Shown here in pieces: positions 13,516 through 25,843 of a stretch of 64,000 nucleotides of DNA (position 1 is its first letter; each line of letters begins with the position of its first letter). The DNA comes from Octopus vulgaris (lineage: Eukaryota), in NCBI GenBank assembly GCA_951406725.2, contig OX597820.1, positions 56,110,001-56,174,000 of the forward strand, written 5' to 3'. The notes under the pieces were generated by a model, which was given only the letters and a program-made list of their open reading frames with translations, had not been told where the DNA came from and did no database searches. The translations under genes were made by a program, and so were the position numbers.

Positions 13516-14214
13516 AACATATATGTATGTATCACTACATCATATTACACACACACTAATACTATTTCTGGTCAAGATTGGATTCAAAAAGTGGCAGGGA
13601 CCTTGGAAACGGAGTATTGCTGCGCAAGGTAACTATTTCTAAGGAGATGATGTTTAAACTTAGGTAAATAAGTTACTTTTCACTAAACATTTACAAGACC
13701 TAGAACTTTTTGATACGACCTCGTAACAGAAACTGAAAGAGTGGGCAAGAACTGGGAAGTTGCAGCCAAAGTATACCAGAATATATTGGCGCTTGCTAGC
13801 GGAGAATCGAGACGTAAGGAAACATGTTGGAGTAAACAAATAAATGTGTTCTGATCATTCCATTTTTGTTTAATTCTGGAACACTATGTCTCTTCCTTTT
13901 GAGATGGTAAGGTATATTTTTAGGGAGATTTAGTTGCTGTTTCTAGTAGACAGAGCGAGTGTACAAGAGACTGTCTGCATTTTATTTCAGATTGGTGTCA
14001 TAGAATACAGCAAACTAGGTTGTCTGTCAAATAATTGTCAATTCAGATTCCATTTCCGTTAGGGTGCAAGTGTTTTCTGTGTATCGTATATATTTCATTC
14101 CTATACGCCACATACCTATAAAGTGGTACCATCGGTAAATAATCGGTAAATGTTTTATTCACTGAGTGCAAACCTTCGCAGGAGAATAATTAGTTGGTTG
14201 CATTCATATTTAAC

Positions 14215-14282
<68 letters not shown>

Positions 14283-14559
14283 ATCACTTTATTTATTTTA
14301 TTTTATCTTCTTTTCGTTTCAGTCATTGGACTGCGGCTATTCTGGGACACCGCTTTCCGGAGTTGTAGTAGAATGAACAGACCCCAGTGCTTGTTTTTCA
14401 AAATCAGGTACTTATTTAATCGTTCGTTTTTGCCGAATTGCTAAGTATCGGGGGTATAAACAAACCAATACAGGTTGTCAAGCGGTGCGGGGTCGGACGC
14501 AAACACAAAGGCAAACGTGCGCGCGTACGGCAGGTTTCTTGTATCTTTCGTCTACCAAT

Positions 14560-14930
14560 TCCACTGCACCAGTAGGCGAAAGACTCCGGGTAAGGCTTAC
14601 CAAGGAGTCACCAAACTGGACCGTTGACCTGCTTAGGTCAACGATCTCATGTTCGGGGGCCAAAGCGTGCCTCGGGTAGAGGCATAGGGTTGTGGCTAAC
14701 AGCTTGAGCGGAATGGGCGCCACAAAGCTAACTTGCTCATGATACATTGATGATGTTGACAACCAGACCAGAACCCGTACCAGATCGGTCGTCGCCCAGT
14801 TTAACACAAAGAGTGGACAGGCCCCAATCTTACCAATTCAGAAAAGGTAGCAGAAGACGGGGAGAAGTGACGACATCTGGTTGCAACGTCATCAATGAAT
14901 GCCCCAACAACCACGTCAATGGATAGGAAG
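14560..14930 (-). mobile_element. RTE-like LINE 3' fragment (degenerate)
   Basis: GC-richer segment with pieces resembling an RTE C-terminus (DR.PKQV..PVW.LLGKP). Confidence 0.35.
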
Positions 14931-15693
14931 GAAGGAACCGTTTGGTAAATAATTGAGTCGTTTGTTACGTTTTCCTAACGGATCAGTCGCTAGTTCACAG
15001 CATCCATGAAATCATGGATGATAAGAGATTGATTGTATGACTCGGGTAGTGGGTATTATTGTTAGAACGAATCAGATTCTAGATTTTTTTAAAAAATTTA
15101 TTTATGCTTATATCTTTCGCGTCTATAATTTGGAGAAAAGGGAACACATACGCGCGCGCGCACACACACGCATGCGGCTTATTTATCTTCGGTCAAATAT
15201 AATCACCCTAAACACAAATCTGAAACATGAAATTTAGAGTAACGATTCATGAATCATCGGTTTTTTAATGAATATTTTAGCACTCGATTGAATTTAGTAA
15301 ATACAATCGCTGTAAGGAATGAAAAAAATCTAGTGTTTCGGGTTTCTGCTATTTGTCTGTGAGTAAGAGGGAGAAAGAGAACGAGAAAGGAAGAGAGAGA
15401 GAGAGAGGGAGAGAGAAAGAGAGAGAGAGACAGAGAGAAAGGGAAAGAGAGAGACAGAGATAGAGAAGACGTAAACTTCTGCTGTGGGTAGTTGAATAAT
15501 GATAAAGAGTAGTGATGAAGGGTAGGATGACTGCAGGAGCCGGAGGTGTAAAGCGGGCCCGAAATCCAGTTTAAGACTATTCTATACTAACAAATCAGTG
15601 ACTCAGACACTAACCTCACAAATATTCAGTCAACTGAATCAATGACACAAAAATGTGCAAGTAAATCTGCACATGGGTTGTTGTTTTACTTAC

Positions 15694-15778
15694 CATTGCA
15701 ACCAACACGCCACAGTCGAATGTCATCAATTGCAATGTCGTTTTGGTAATTCTTTTTGCGTACCCCTTGTATCACAAT
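15694..15778 (-). CDS. Exon: MAM domain C-terminus
   Basis: cttgttaatag| IVIQGVRKKNYQNDIAIDDIRLWRVGCN (DIAIDDI motif) G|GTAAGT; 85 nt, phase 0-1. Confidence 0.93.
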
Positions 15779-16377
15779 CTATTAACAAGACAAAATATCA
15801 TAAAAGCATGAGCGATTAATACATACGTATGTGCATAAATGCATACATACACATATAATACAAATCAACATTATATATACTAGCAGAAAGACAGCCCTCC
15901 GGGCAGTATTCTGCTAGCCACTCGATAATATTTCCACATTTGATTCCCAATTCTAATAATTTTTATGATATTTTAAGTCTAATTATTTTCTTGTAGCATA
16001 GTGCACACTTGCTTAGTAAATATTGCTTTCATTATTTTATCACAGTCATAATCTCTCTTTTTAAGCAAACATCAAAGTAATCCAACTACGTTTAATATGC
16101 AAAAAAAAAAAAAAATAGCAGCGATCACATAACGATATTTTAATACTTATAGCGTATTAGTTTATTTACGTCCCCGTAACTTAGCGATTCGGTAAAAGAG
16201 ACCGACAGGATGAGTAGCAGACATTAAAAAGTCAGTACTGGGGTCAATTTGCTGGAGTAAGACCCTTCAAAGGCAGTGCCCTCAATATGGTCACTAACTG
16301 GAACAATTAAAAAAAAAAAAAAAAGAGAAATAGAAAAAGATACAGCGCCAAAAAGAGCATAGATATTTTTATATTAC

Positions 16378-16520
16378 CTGAAACGATTCTGTTATGTTTT
16401 CCAGTTGAATCTTTACCTGGTGCCACTTATTTCCATGATCACCAGTCTCATTAAACAGAATATTGGATTCATTCAAGTATTTACTTACTGGACGCAAATA
16501 CATCTGTAGAAAACCAGGTT
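16378..16520 (-). CDS. Exon: MAM domain part 3
   Basis: tttattccag| EPGFLQMYLRPVSKYLNESNILFNETGDHGNKWHQVKIQLENITESFQ |GTAATA; 143 nt, phase 1-0. Confidence 0.9.
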
Positions 16521-17183
16521 CTGGAATAAATTGCAAAGTGTTAAGAAGAAGAAAATGAGCAAAAATATAAGTCTTGAAACTAATGTCTTATAGTCTAATG
16601 TAATATGATGGATCACAAAGGGCCGAGTCGATGGAATACCGAACCTCTGATTGAAAAGCTAACATTGAGTATTCAATAACTTGATAAAACCCGTCAGTAT
16701 CAAATAGCTGTATACGTAGTTATTCAACCCTAGGCAACTTTGAACGAGCAAACCTCTTATCAAAATCATTCTGGCGGCAACCATTCCAGTTTACTCTTTT
16801 TTTCACCATGTTTACGATTTCAAGTATGATATCAGAGAATTTGACTGCTATATCTAACAGGTTGAACGATCACATAGGGTCTCCTTCTTTAGTACGTATA
16901 ACTTTATACTTCACATATGCATTAGATATATATAAGTTGGTGCTAAGTGAGTTGCGTTTACATGCTACATACAATAGATTTATATAATTGCCTTGTGTAT
17001 AACTCACAACAACTGTATAATTAACCAATATATCATCGACTTGCAGCAGCACCATATTAAGAAACATCCCTTGAGCATCATGTGGCGTATATTTCGATGC
17101 ATTTCGTTTACATTTTGATACACTGTGTATTAAGGACAATTACTCAAGAGGTGAACTTTCACTCCGTGGATCACAAAGCTTAG

Positions 17184-17269
<86 letters not shown>

Positions 17270-18291
17270 ATGCGAGAATAAAAGGAAATAATTTTGCAAG
17301 AACACGAGCAACTATTATTTAAATCTTGTTTTAAATATTTATCGTTCCACGTAAAATTACTTTAATAATTCATAAAGTGTATTTTCGATTACTATATTTA
17401 ACGGTTTGTCAATTAAATGTGTTACTTCGTCTGTAATATCTTCATTGACATACATGAACATGCAGTCAGTTGCAGATATCTAACGAACATGGTTTATTTC
17501 TAACATAAACACAAGGTCTCATATTTTCAGGGAAGATATATTCGATTTAGATCAACCCCAGAAGGATGAAAGGCAAAGTTGATCTTCCCAGGATTCGAAA
17601 TCTGAAGATAACGAGGCGTAAATAATATCCGTTGGTTATTTTGTCCGATGTTCTATCAAATCTGCCAGTCCTTTGTCATATACAGCATATAGGAGGAGAC
17701 CTCCTTCCCATGAAGGACAATGGGATTGCACCTAGAAAGTTACCCTCCGAGACCCAAGTCCGAGCAAGGTTGTTTATGGAAGACCAGCAATCGCCCATGC
17801 ATACCATACCCCCTCTCCACGCCACTGATGTTTTCCAAGGGAAAGGCAAAGGCCTATACGGCTTGGCACCAGTGACGTCGCAACTCAATTCTACAGCTGA
17901 GTGAACTGGAGCAACGTGAAATAAAGTGTCTGGCTCAAGAACATAACACGCAGCCCAGCCTCACGATCGTAAGCTCGACGCCCTAACCACTGAGCCATGC
18001 ACCTTCACACAGCATATATATATATAAAGCATGTGTCCGTCGCTCAGCGTTGTCCATGCATCTACACTTGTATGTGCATTCTTAGGCAAGTCATTTCTTT
18101 GGAGAAGGCTGGCAATTGCCGATGCAGACAAGTTTCCCCTCTTCGCGTCACCAGTGACATTGTAAGCATTGCTGACAGAAGGCGAAAAAGCCGGGACAAA
18201 TATCGCAAGACACACCACCTGACACTCTAGCAGGTCCCGCCAATCTACTCACCAAATATTACAAGTTATTACAAAGAAAGTAAATATGTAC

Positions 18292-18426
18292 CGTTTGTTC
18301 CTTGGCACCACATGTGGTACCAAAATTCAAAACACATTGTAGAGTTGGTTCCTACAAATAAAGGAGACAATAGTCTCGCTTTGCTGTCGAATTTCCGATT
18401 AGAGGCTTCCATGTACATGTAGTAAC
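18292..18426 (-). CDS. Exon: MAM domain part 2
   Basis: tttcacag| GYYMYMEASNRKFDSKARLLSPLFVGTNSTMCFEFWYHMWCQGTN; donor G|GTACAT (weak, but phase 1 fits the next exon); 135 nt. Confidence 0.92.
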
Positions 18427-18714
18427 CTGTGAAATAAATATTTTACTTAAATTGATATACTTTCAGAAACAGTGACATATACTATGTGAATTGGTGCAAT
18501 ACATACATACATACATACATACATACATACATACATACATACATACATACATACATTCTCATGCACACAAATCGCACAAATAACATGAGTAAAACTTGAG
18601 ACAAAGAGCTAACAAACAAACAAAAACATTTTACGCAATGTTATACAAACAAAAGTACGTGCCTGAATAGTGGTACCCCCCCCCCCCCACCACACACACA
18701 TATATATATATATT

Positions 18715-18900
18715 GGTAAAAATGGGCGCATGTTAGCAGATCGTATTACTGAATATTTGAGTGACATCCGGCTATACACCATCACAACGCTCGTTAGGTA
18801 CCACTTCAGCTCACTTGCACATGCTATTTCTCATCCCCTGCATCTTGCTAATAAAAAGAACGAAGCCTCATCTTTCGCCTCGTCTACTTCGACCTTCGAA
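18715..18900 (+). mobile_element. Penelope-like GIY-YIG endonuclease fragment
   Basis: YIGKNGRMLADRITEYLSDIR...VRYHF, similar to the fragment at 58025. Confidence 0.6.
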
Positions 18901-18914
18901 TGTACATACATACA

Positions 18915-18987
<73 letters not shown>

Positions 18988-18989
<2 letters not shown>

Positions 18990-19362
18990 TAGCAGTATCG
19001 CCCGGCGTTGCTCAGGTTTGTAAGGGAAATAACTATAAAGCATTTTTAGAGTTATAGCCAAAAAATAGCAAAAAAATGGAAAAAAATGATGGTAAATTTT
19101 TTTTTGAGATTTAAAAAAGGTGGAGTTGCGTCCCCTAGACAGTTTGTGGTTCGTGTTTCTGATTCTCGACCCCATGTCGAATTTATCGATTTTTTTCAGA
19201 ACTGGAGGAACTTTTCAAAATTTTCGCTGCGTTAGTTTTGAATTATGACATTGGGCTATGTGTGTGTCAAGTTTCATCAGAATCGGTTGAAAGCCGTGGT
19301 CAGGGTGAGGGTACAAGCAAACAGACACACAGAAACACGCACAGACAAACTGCCGTTTATAT
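18988..19362 (+). mobile_element. Non-autonomous Helitron/Helentron-type short element (DINE/HINE-like)
   Basis: Starts ACTAG..CGCCCGGCGTTGC; ends AAGTTTCATCAGAATCGG...ACAGAC repeats...TTTATATAT; similar ACTAG starts at 15879, 24438 and 50773. Confidence 0.6.
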
Positions 19363-19408
<46 letters not shown>

Positions 19409-19637
19409 ATACATTCTAATAATTACTGATATCTTTATATATTATATATGTAAAGCATAATATGTTATACATGTATATATATATTGTTATAATTGTCCGT
19501 TTAGTAAATAAATAAATAAATTGACATAAAATAAAGTTGATGAATACCACTTATTGATCCCGTCCATTTTCTTATTGCTCTCTCTCTCCTCTCTCTCTCT
19601 CCTCTCTCTCCATCTCTTCTCTCTCTCTCCTCTCTCT

Positions 19638-19720
<83 letters not shown>

Positions 19721-19724
19721 AGAC

Positions 19725-20420
19725 CATAGACCTGACATTTAAGAGAGAAAATAACGAAGTTTTCGATGCAGGCGAAATAGTCAGTGACATGAAAGCGACG
19801 ATTGGTTTGGTTGAAGAAGCGGAGTTTTGTTCTGGATGTAAAATTTTGTGCTACACCAGGCTCAGGAGCAGGGGTATGATCCGGGTTGGGTATAGGAGGC
19901 TTTGAAGAACTGTAAAGTAAGAAGTCCCGCAAATAAGGGGCTCGTTTGAAGCAAAGGAAGCGTCGTTCACGAATAGTGGGGAGGTGACAGGGTGTAAACG
20001 GAGTAGGCGGAAAGAGATAGGGTATTGAGGTAAAGGGTGATGGAGGAAAAGGGAAAACGGTCAAGGGTATGGCAGATACAGGGTGTAATTTCAGAGGTAC
20101 GATCAACGCTATGGGTGTGGAGAAGAACATTATTAACAATAGTCTGGGGATAATTTCGATGCATAAATTAGAGAGTACTGTGTAAAACTGGGTTTGAAAA
20201 TAGTGACCATAAATACAAAGACGATGAAGTCATAGAAACATCGAGTAGAAAGAGTTAGAATTATAAGAGTGGGAAGAGGGAAGTCGGGGTAAGAGCGCAA
20301 GTCTATAGGTTGCGTATAATTTTACAAGAAGAGAACTTATGTTTGAGACAAATGTTGAAGCTGATGAAATCGACGTAGACTGAAATCGCGATTTTGGTTG
20401 TCGATCTACGACGTTATTTC
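19725..20420 (-). mobile_element. Decayed Penelope-like element (RT thumb to start of GIY-YIG)
   Basis: FKRAPYLRDFLLYS...FHVTDYFACIENFVIFSLKC resembles the PLE linker and TC.S.NVIY.I.C motif. Confidence 0.55.
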
Positions 20421-20518
20421 TGTTTTAACCAACACAGTGTACAGCAGCATTAAATATACAGTACAATCATTTTTTTTATAAGTTGTATTACATAATTAAA
20501 ATTTAAGGTCATATTTAC

Positions 20519-20674
20519 CTTTTCCTAAATCTCCATATGTGTGGTCACTTGAAGGTCCTGTGTACTTGGTGCCAGTATCCAGTGAATGTCTGGTCCAGTC
20601 AAACTCCTCTGTGTGGTCTTGCAGCCAACCACACCTTCCCTCTTCAAAATTGCAATGATTTTCTAATGCAGTTT
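20519..20674 (-). CDS. Exon: MAM domain N-terminal part
   Basis: KTALENHCNFEEGRCGWLQDHTEEFDWTRHSLDTGTKYTGPSSDHTYGDLGKG (CxFE..CGW, DW, GP..DHT motifs); acceptor ttgcag, donor G|GTAAAT; 156 nt, phase 1-1. Confidence 0.93.
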
Positions 20675-20690
20675 CTGCAATCGGAAATTG

Positions 20691-20759
<69 letters not shown>

Positions 20760-21257
20760 GAGTGAGAGAGCAGTGCATGCCATCAAAGTGACACTGGGGT
20801 AAAATATACGAAGCCCAGTATACCCATCATGACTACCCGCCTGATAAGGGTACACCAGGCACATGCATCACAACCATATGTGCGTGACATGGTGGTCTCA
20901 TATCAAGATAAACAGCACATGACCTTGCAGGTGGGGCCCAGTTAGAATTTTCTTCTGGTCGAATAACCCATCTCGCTCAAAAGGTCCCTGAATAAGGGTT
21001 GTTTAAGGATGTTGCACGAAACACCCATGTTTCCAGAGGTGAATTATTCAAACCCCAAAGAATCCTTCTCAACACATGGCTATGATGCTCCCCCCCACTA
21101 CTTCTGCTCGTGATCAGAGATGCACATATCGTCAGCTACTAAGGGACATGCTCAACTGGTTAAGGTCAAACAACTAACCAGCAGATCTGTGGTATTGAGC
21201 AGAATATTTGCTGTAGCCCATCTTTTATACCAAGACAAAACAATGTACATGATAACA
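20760..21257 (-). mobile_element. Non-coding repeat ending in (TAA)n, possibly an R4/Dong-type 3' UTR or derived SINE
   Basis: The end TGAGTGAGAGAGCAGTGCATGCCATC next to (ATT)n recurs at about 3950. Confidence 0.5.
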
Positions 21258-21486
21258 CTTAAGTTGAGGCATCAGAGTTTAGTACGGTATTATCCATACA
21301 ATTTCAAAATAAGGTGATTAAAAAAAATCAGTTACAGGCTGTGCCTTCTTGAAAATTTTAGTTAAGGCTATGCTGTTTTATGTACAACATGTTCTTTGAC
21401 TATCTCCTTAACTTCTTGGGAGATTTTATGTATAATTATACTAATGTGTTCATCTGTTCTAATTCGATTAAATTCTATGTCTTTGA

Positions 21487-21571
21487 GCAGCTGAAGATTT
21501 CTCTACATTTTAAATTGATGTAATGATTGCATTGTTCAATTAAATGGAGTTGGATGAAACGATCGTACTGC
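21487..21571 (+). ncRNA. Type I hammerhead ribozyme motif (PLE-type)
   Basis: GCAG-CUGAAGA-long stem II-GAAA-CGAUCG-UA-CUGC; stem I GCAG/CUGC; palindromic stem III ACGAUCGU; GUA site at 21567. Confidence 0.7.
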
Positions 21572-21631
21572 ATTACCTCTGGATATCATTGTTGCTTATT
21601 TTGCTTATATATATATATATATATGTGTGTG

Positions 21632-21706
<75 letters not shown>

Positions 21707-23807
21707 CGGGCTTCCATACAGATTCCGTCGATCAAATTCACCCACAAGGCAATGCCACTTGCCCAAGGTTGTATGCAGTGGCACTGAACTCGAAACTACG
21801 TGGTTACAAAGCGAGCTTCATAACTACACAGCCATGCCTGCGCCTATTACCAAGTGTCAATATAATAAATATATATTTAAAAAAACTACTCATAATAACA
21901 TAAATTTGGCAACTTTCAGTTATCATGCTACTTGGCAACTTTAAAGGGAATGCGTAAACAAGGCAGGTATTTCCACGTGATTTGTGGAATGTTTATCAAC
22001 ATTGTTTGAATGACAACAATAGGACAAACAGTCAGTAGTAGTTTTACTAATTTTCTCCTTCAGTTTATATTTATTATATCTGATCAGTTTCATCCGCATC
22101 AAACATGGGTGGGTCTGTATTAATTCTCTGGTTTCCGTGGTTTAATCTAATTTATATTTTCATTACGAATTAATTAGCCTCTTGTCAGATTAGATTTGTT
22201 GCGTTTGTCTGATACCAAGACTAATTTTCATGTACCAGCCATATCCATATACAAGACTTAGAAGGTTCTTCAGCAGGGAAATTTGGCAGCTATTCTGATC
22301 AGGTCGAGCGATCAAGTAGTTGATACCATCAAAACTGTACTTGTCTGGTACTCGATATAACCGATACCAAACGGATAAAAGATGAAGTTAACCTCTGCGT
22401 GGTCAGAACTTGGAACGTAAAGATGCGGAAAAATATACTACAGTGTATTTTGTTCGTTCTAACGACGATTCGGTCAATCTGCTGCCCTTGACAGTAACAC
22501 TGATAGTTCTTTAATTTTGACACTAGGCCAGCAGTTTTAAGAGAAGATTATATCAACCCCAGTACTTGAATGGTATTTTATTTTATCGACACCGAAAGGA
22601 TGAATGACATTTGTGACTCAGAACGTAAAGCCGAAAGAAATGTTGCTAAGCATTTTCCCGGTGTGCTTATGATTCAACCACCTCGCCTTGACAATGATAC
22701 GAACAGTCCTTTCTACTCAGTTGGTACTTATTTTATAGACTCCGAAAGGATGAAAAGCAAAATCGACCTCAGCTGAATTTGAACTCAGAACGTGGAGACG
22801 GATGAAATACCTATTTCTTTACTACCCACAAGGGGCTAAACACAGAGGGGACGAACAAGGACAGACAAACGGATTAAGCCGATTACATCGACCTCAGTGC
22901 GTAACTGGTACTTATTTAATCGACCCCGAAAGGATGAAAGGCAAAGTTGACCTCGGCAGAATTTGAACTCAGAACGTAACGGCAGACGAAATACGGCTAC
23001 GCATTTTGCCCGGCGCGCTAACGATTCTGCCAACTCGCCTTGACAATAACGCTAATAATAACAGCAATGACAATAGCAGCAGCTAGATCTATATAAGTTC
23101 AACAACGGCGGCTGTATTAGCATCAGTCAGTTCTGTATAATAAATGTAAGTTGACACATTGATCCTCTACTGCCAAATAAGAATATACTGAAAACTATTT
23201 TGAATCTGTATTTTTATAGTAAGTAAAATGCTTGCGCTAAGGGTACAAGTCGCATATCAACGAGGGTGCGTGGCTTAGTGGTTAGGAATTTTCGGTTCAC
23301 GATTTTTAAGTCGTGAGTTCAATTCCTGGTAGCGCATTGTGCCATTGAGCAAGATACTTTCTTTCGTAATGTTCCAATCTAGACAAAAATGAGTAATACA
23401 TGTATTTGAAAGGACCAACCTTATAACATTCTGTGTCATGCTGAATCCCTCTGACAACTAAGTTAAGGTACGAGTATCTGTGGAGTGCTCGACCACTTGT
23501 ACATTAATTTCACAAGCAGGTTGTTCCGTTGATCAGATCACCTGGAACCCTCGTCGTCGTAATCGATGGCGTGTCAGAAATTAAAAAGAAAAGGAATAAT
23601 TCCATCCATCCATCCACCCACCAAAAATGTCTCCGAGGAAACTAGTGGCCGTCAAATTAATATTGATAACAATCATACAAGGAAGTTTGTGAGTTTGGAT
23701 ACTTTTGTGTGCCTTCGTCGAGGAGATGCTGACGTTTCGGACTTACCGTTCATCTTCGTGGGATAAAATAAAATAAAAGAAATTTGTGTTATTAAATTAG
23801 TACTCAC

Positions 23808-23978
23808 TTAAACATGTTGGAGGCAGTTTATTCCAATTAAATCTGTTACAGAATACTCTGTTCTCCTTTTTTTCCATTGCATAGCCGGGTTTGCACTGAA
23901 AGGTGGCTAACGCCCCACGATGAGTGTATGTAACATCAAGAATACTATGATTGAATTGCATTGGACGGCAACCACTTG
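23808..23978 (-). CDS. Exon: Sushi/CCP domain 2
   Basis: tttcattgcag| ASGCRPMQFNHSILDVTYTHRGALATFQCKPGYAMEKKENRVFCNRFNWNKLPPTCL |GTGAGTA; 171 nt, phase 1-1. Confidence 0.92.
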
Positions 23979-24956
23979 CTGCAATGAAAGAAAAAATGCA
24001 TAAAATGTTAATTTCTGAATTTTGTGACGTATATAACCACCCAACTTCCACTTAAGTAATTGAACACCAAGAATAATTAGACCCCAATATATTTCTGGTA
24101 TATATTATTGTTTTTTATTGGCTTTGAATAAATGAGAAGTATAGCATGTATTTTCCAGTCAAATAATAATAATAATAATCTTTTCTACTGGAAGCACAAG
24201 GCCTCAAATTTGGGGGAAGGGATTAAGTCAATTACATCGACTCCAGTGCGTAACTGTTACTTAATTTATCGACCCCGAAAGAATGAAAGGCAAGTTGACC
24301 TCGGCGGAATTTGAACTCAGAACGTAGCGACGGGCGAACTACCGCTAAGCATTTCGTCCAGTGTGCTAATGATTCTGCCAGCTGGCTGCCTTAATAATAA
24401 TAATAATAATAATGATGATGATGATGATGATAATAATAACTAGCTGGACCCGTGAAAACTTCACCGAAAATATAAAACATGTAAGCATCTGTAAATTATG
24501 TGCTGGTGCCATGAGAAATGTTTCTATATTGTGACAGTTACAGAATATAGAAAGAAGTGTAAAACCGATAACTATATAATCCAACCAAAATATCCCAGTT
24601 ACGCAAACGTAAACACAATTACTATTTAGCCTTAAAATACATCGTACATATTCAAAGAACCTTCTTGGTTTAGTGGTACGGAACGTTCTTCTGGAATTCT
24701 TTTATTCTTTTACTTGTTTCAATCATTTGGAGCACCGCCCTTTCGTCGAAGAAATCGACCCCTGAACTTATTCCCTGTAAGCCTGGTGCTTATTCTATCC
24801 GTTTCTTCCGCCGAGCCGCTAAGTTACGGGGACGCAAGCACACCAACATCGGTTGTCAGGCGATGTTGATGGGAGACAAACACAGACCCTCACACACAGA
24901 CACCCCACACACACAGGCACACACACATACGCACACACACACACACACACACACAC

Positions 24957-25116
24957 AAAATTAAAATAAGCAACAGGATATCCAGAGGTGATGCTGTACA
25001 ACCTCTAGATATCCTGTTGCTTATTTTGATTTTATTCACCGTATTTTTGAGTTGTACGGATAATACTGCACTAATTTTTGGTGCTTCAACTTAGGTACCT
25101 AATTCAACTGAATATC

Positions 25117-25120
<4 letters not shown>
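24957..25120. mobile_element. Short PLE-type fold-back insertion (33-bp arms plus tail)
   Basis: 24957-24989 is nearly the reverse complement of 25001-25033; same family as 21258-21607. Confidence 0.7.
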
Positions 25121-25164
<44 letters not shown>

Positions 25165-25800
25165 CGGGCTTCTTTCAGTTTCCCGTCTACTAAATCCACC
25201 CACAAGGCTTTGGTCGGCCCGAGGCTATAGTAGAAGACACTATAAAGTATAGAGTTGAATTTCGTGTAGCTATGTTTTGGTAACTTTTCTACCCTGTACT
25301 ACCGATTTTTCTGGGTTCTTTTCACAGCTATGCCCCATTCAAAATTTGCATTAGTTTTTGTTTGGAAAAAAAAAGAAGGAAGGGAGCGGGGCTAGCCTGT
25401 AGTTTGTAGAGAAAGCGTTAAACGTGCCTGAAAAAAAAACACATGGTCTTTTCCCCAAAACTAAAAGACATGCAGAACTATCAAACAAGACCCGGGGTGG
25501 GGGAAAGAAGAGAGAACTAACACTCTATCATCCTAGAATTCCTAGAATGAAAACCTAAACACCTGAAAGATTTTCCCTCTATTCATTACTAAATCTCTTT
25601 CCTTCTTCTTCATTGTTAAAAGTAAAGAAGCTACAAAAGATCGGTCGTATTTCATTCTAATTGTCATTTTAAATGACTGAGACTTTCCTTTCCCTGTCTC
25701 TATCGCTTCACTCCTTTTCTTTACGGTTAAGAGAGTAAAATTGCGTGGCTCAGTGGTTAGGAGTGTTGGGCCCACCTTCCTTTCAGTCATCACTCTCTGT

Positions 25801-25843
<43 letters not shown>

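Noticed and set aside
16870-17139. 89-aa minus-strand ORF with vaguely MAM-like spacing and a GTGAGT donor
   Set aside because: The exon at 16520-16378 gives a much better MAM match and the correct phase; this ORF lacks the conserved Trp.
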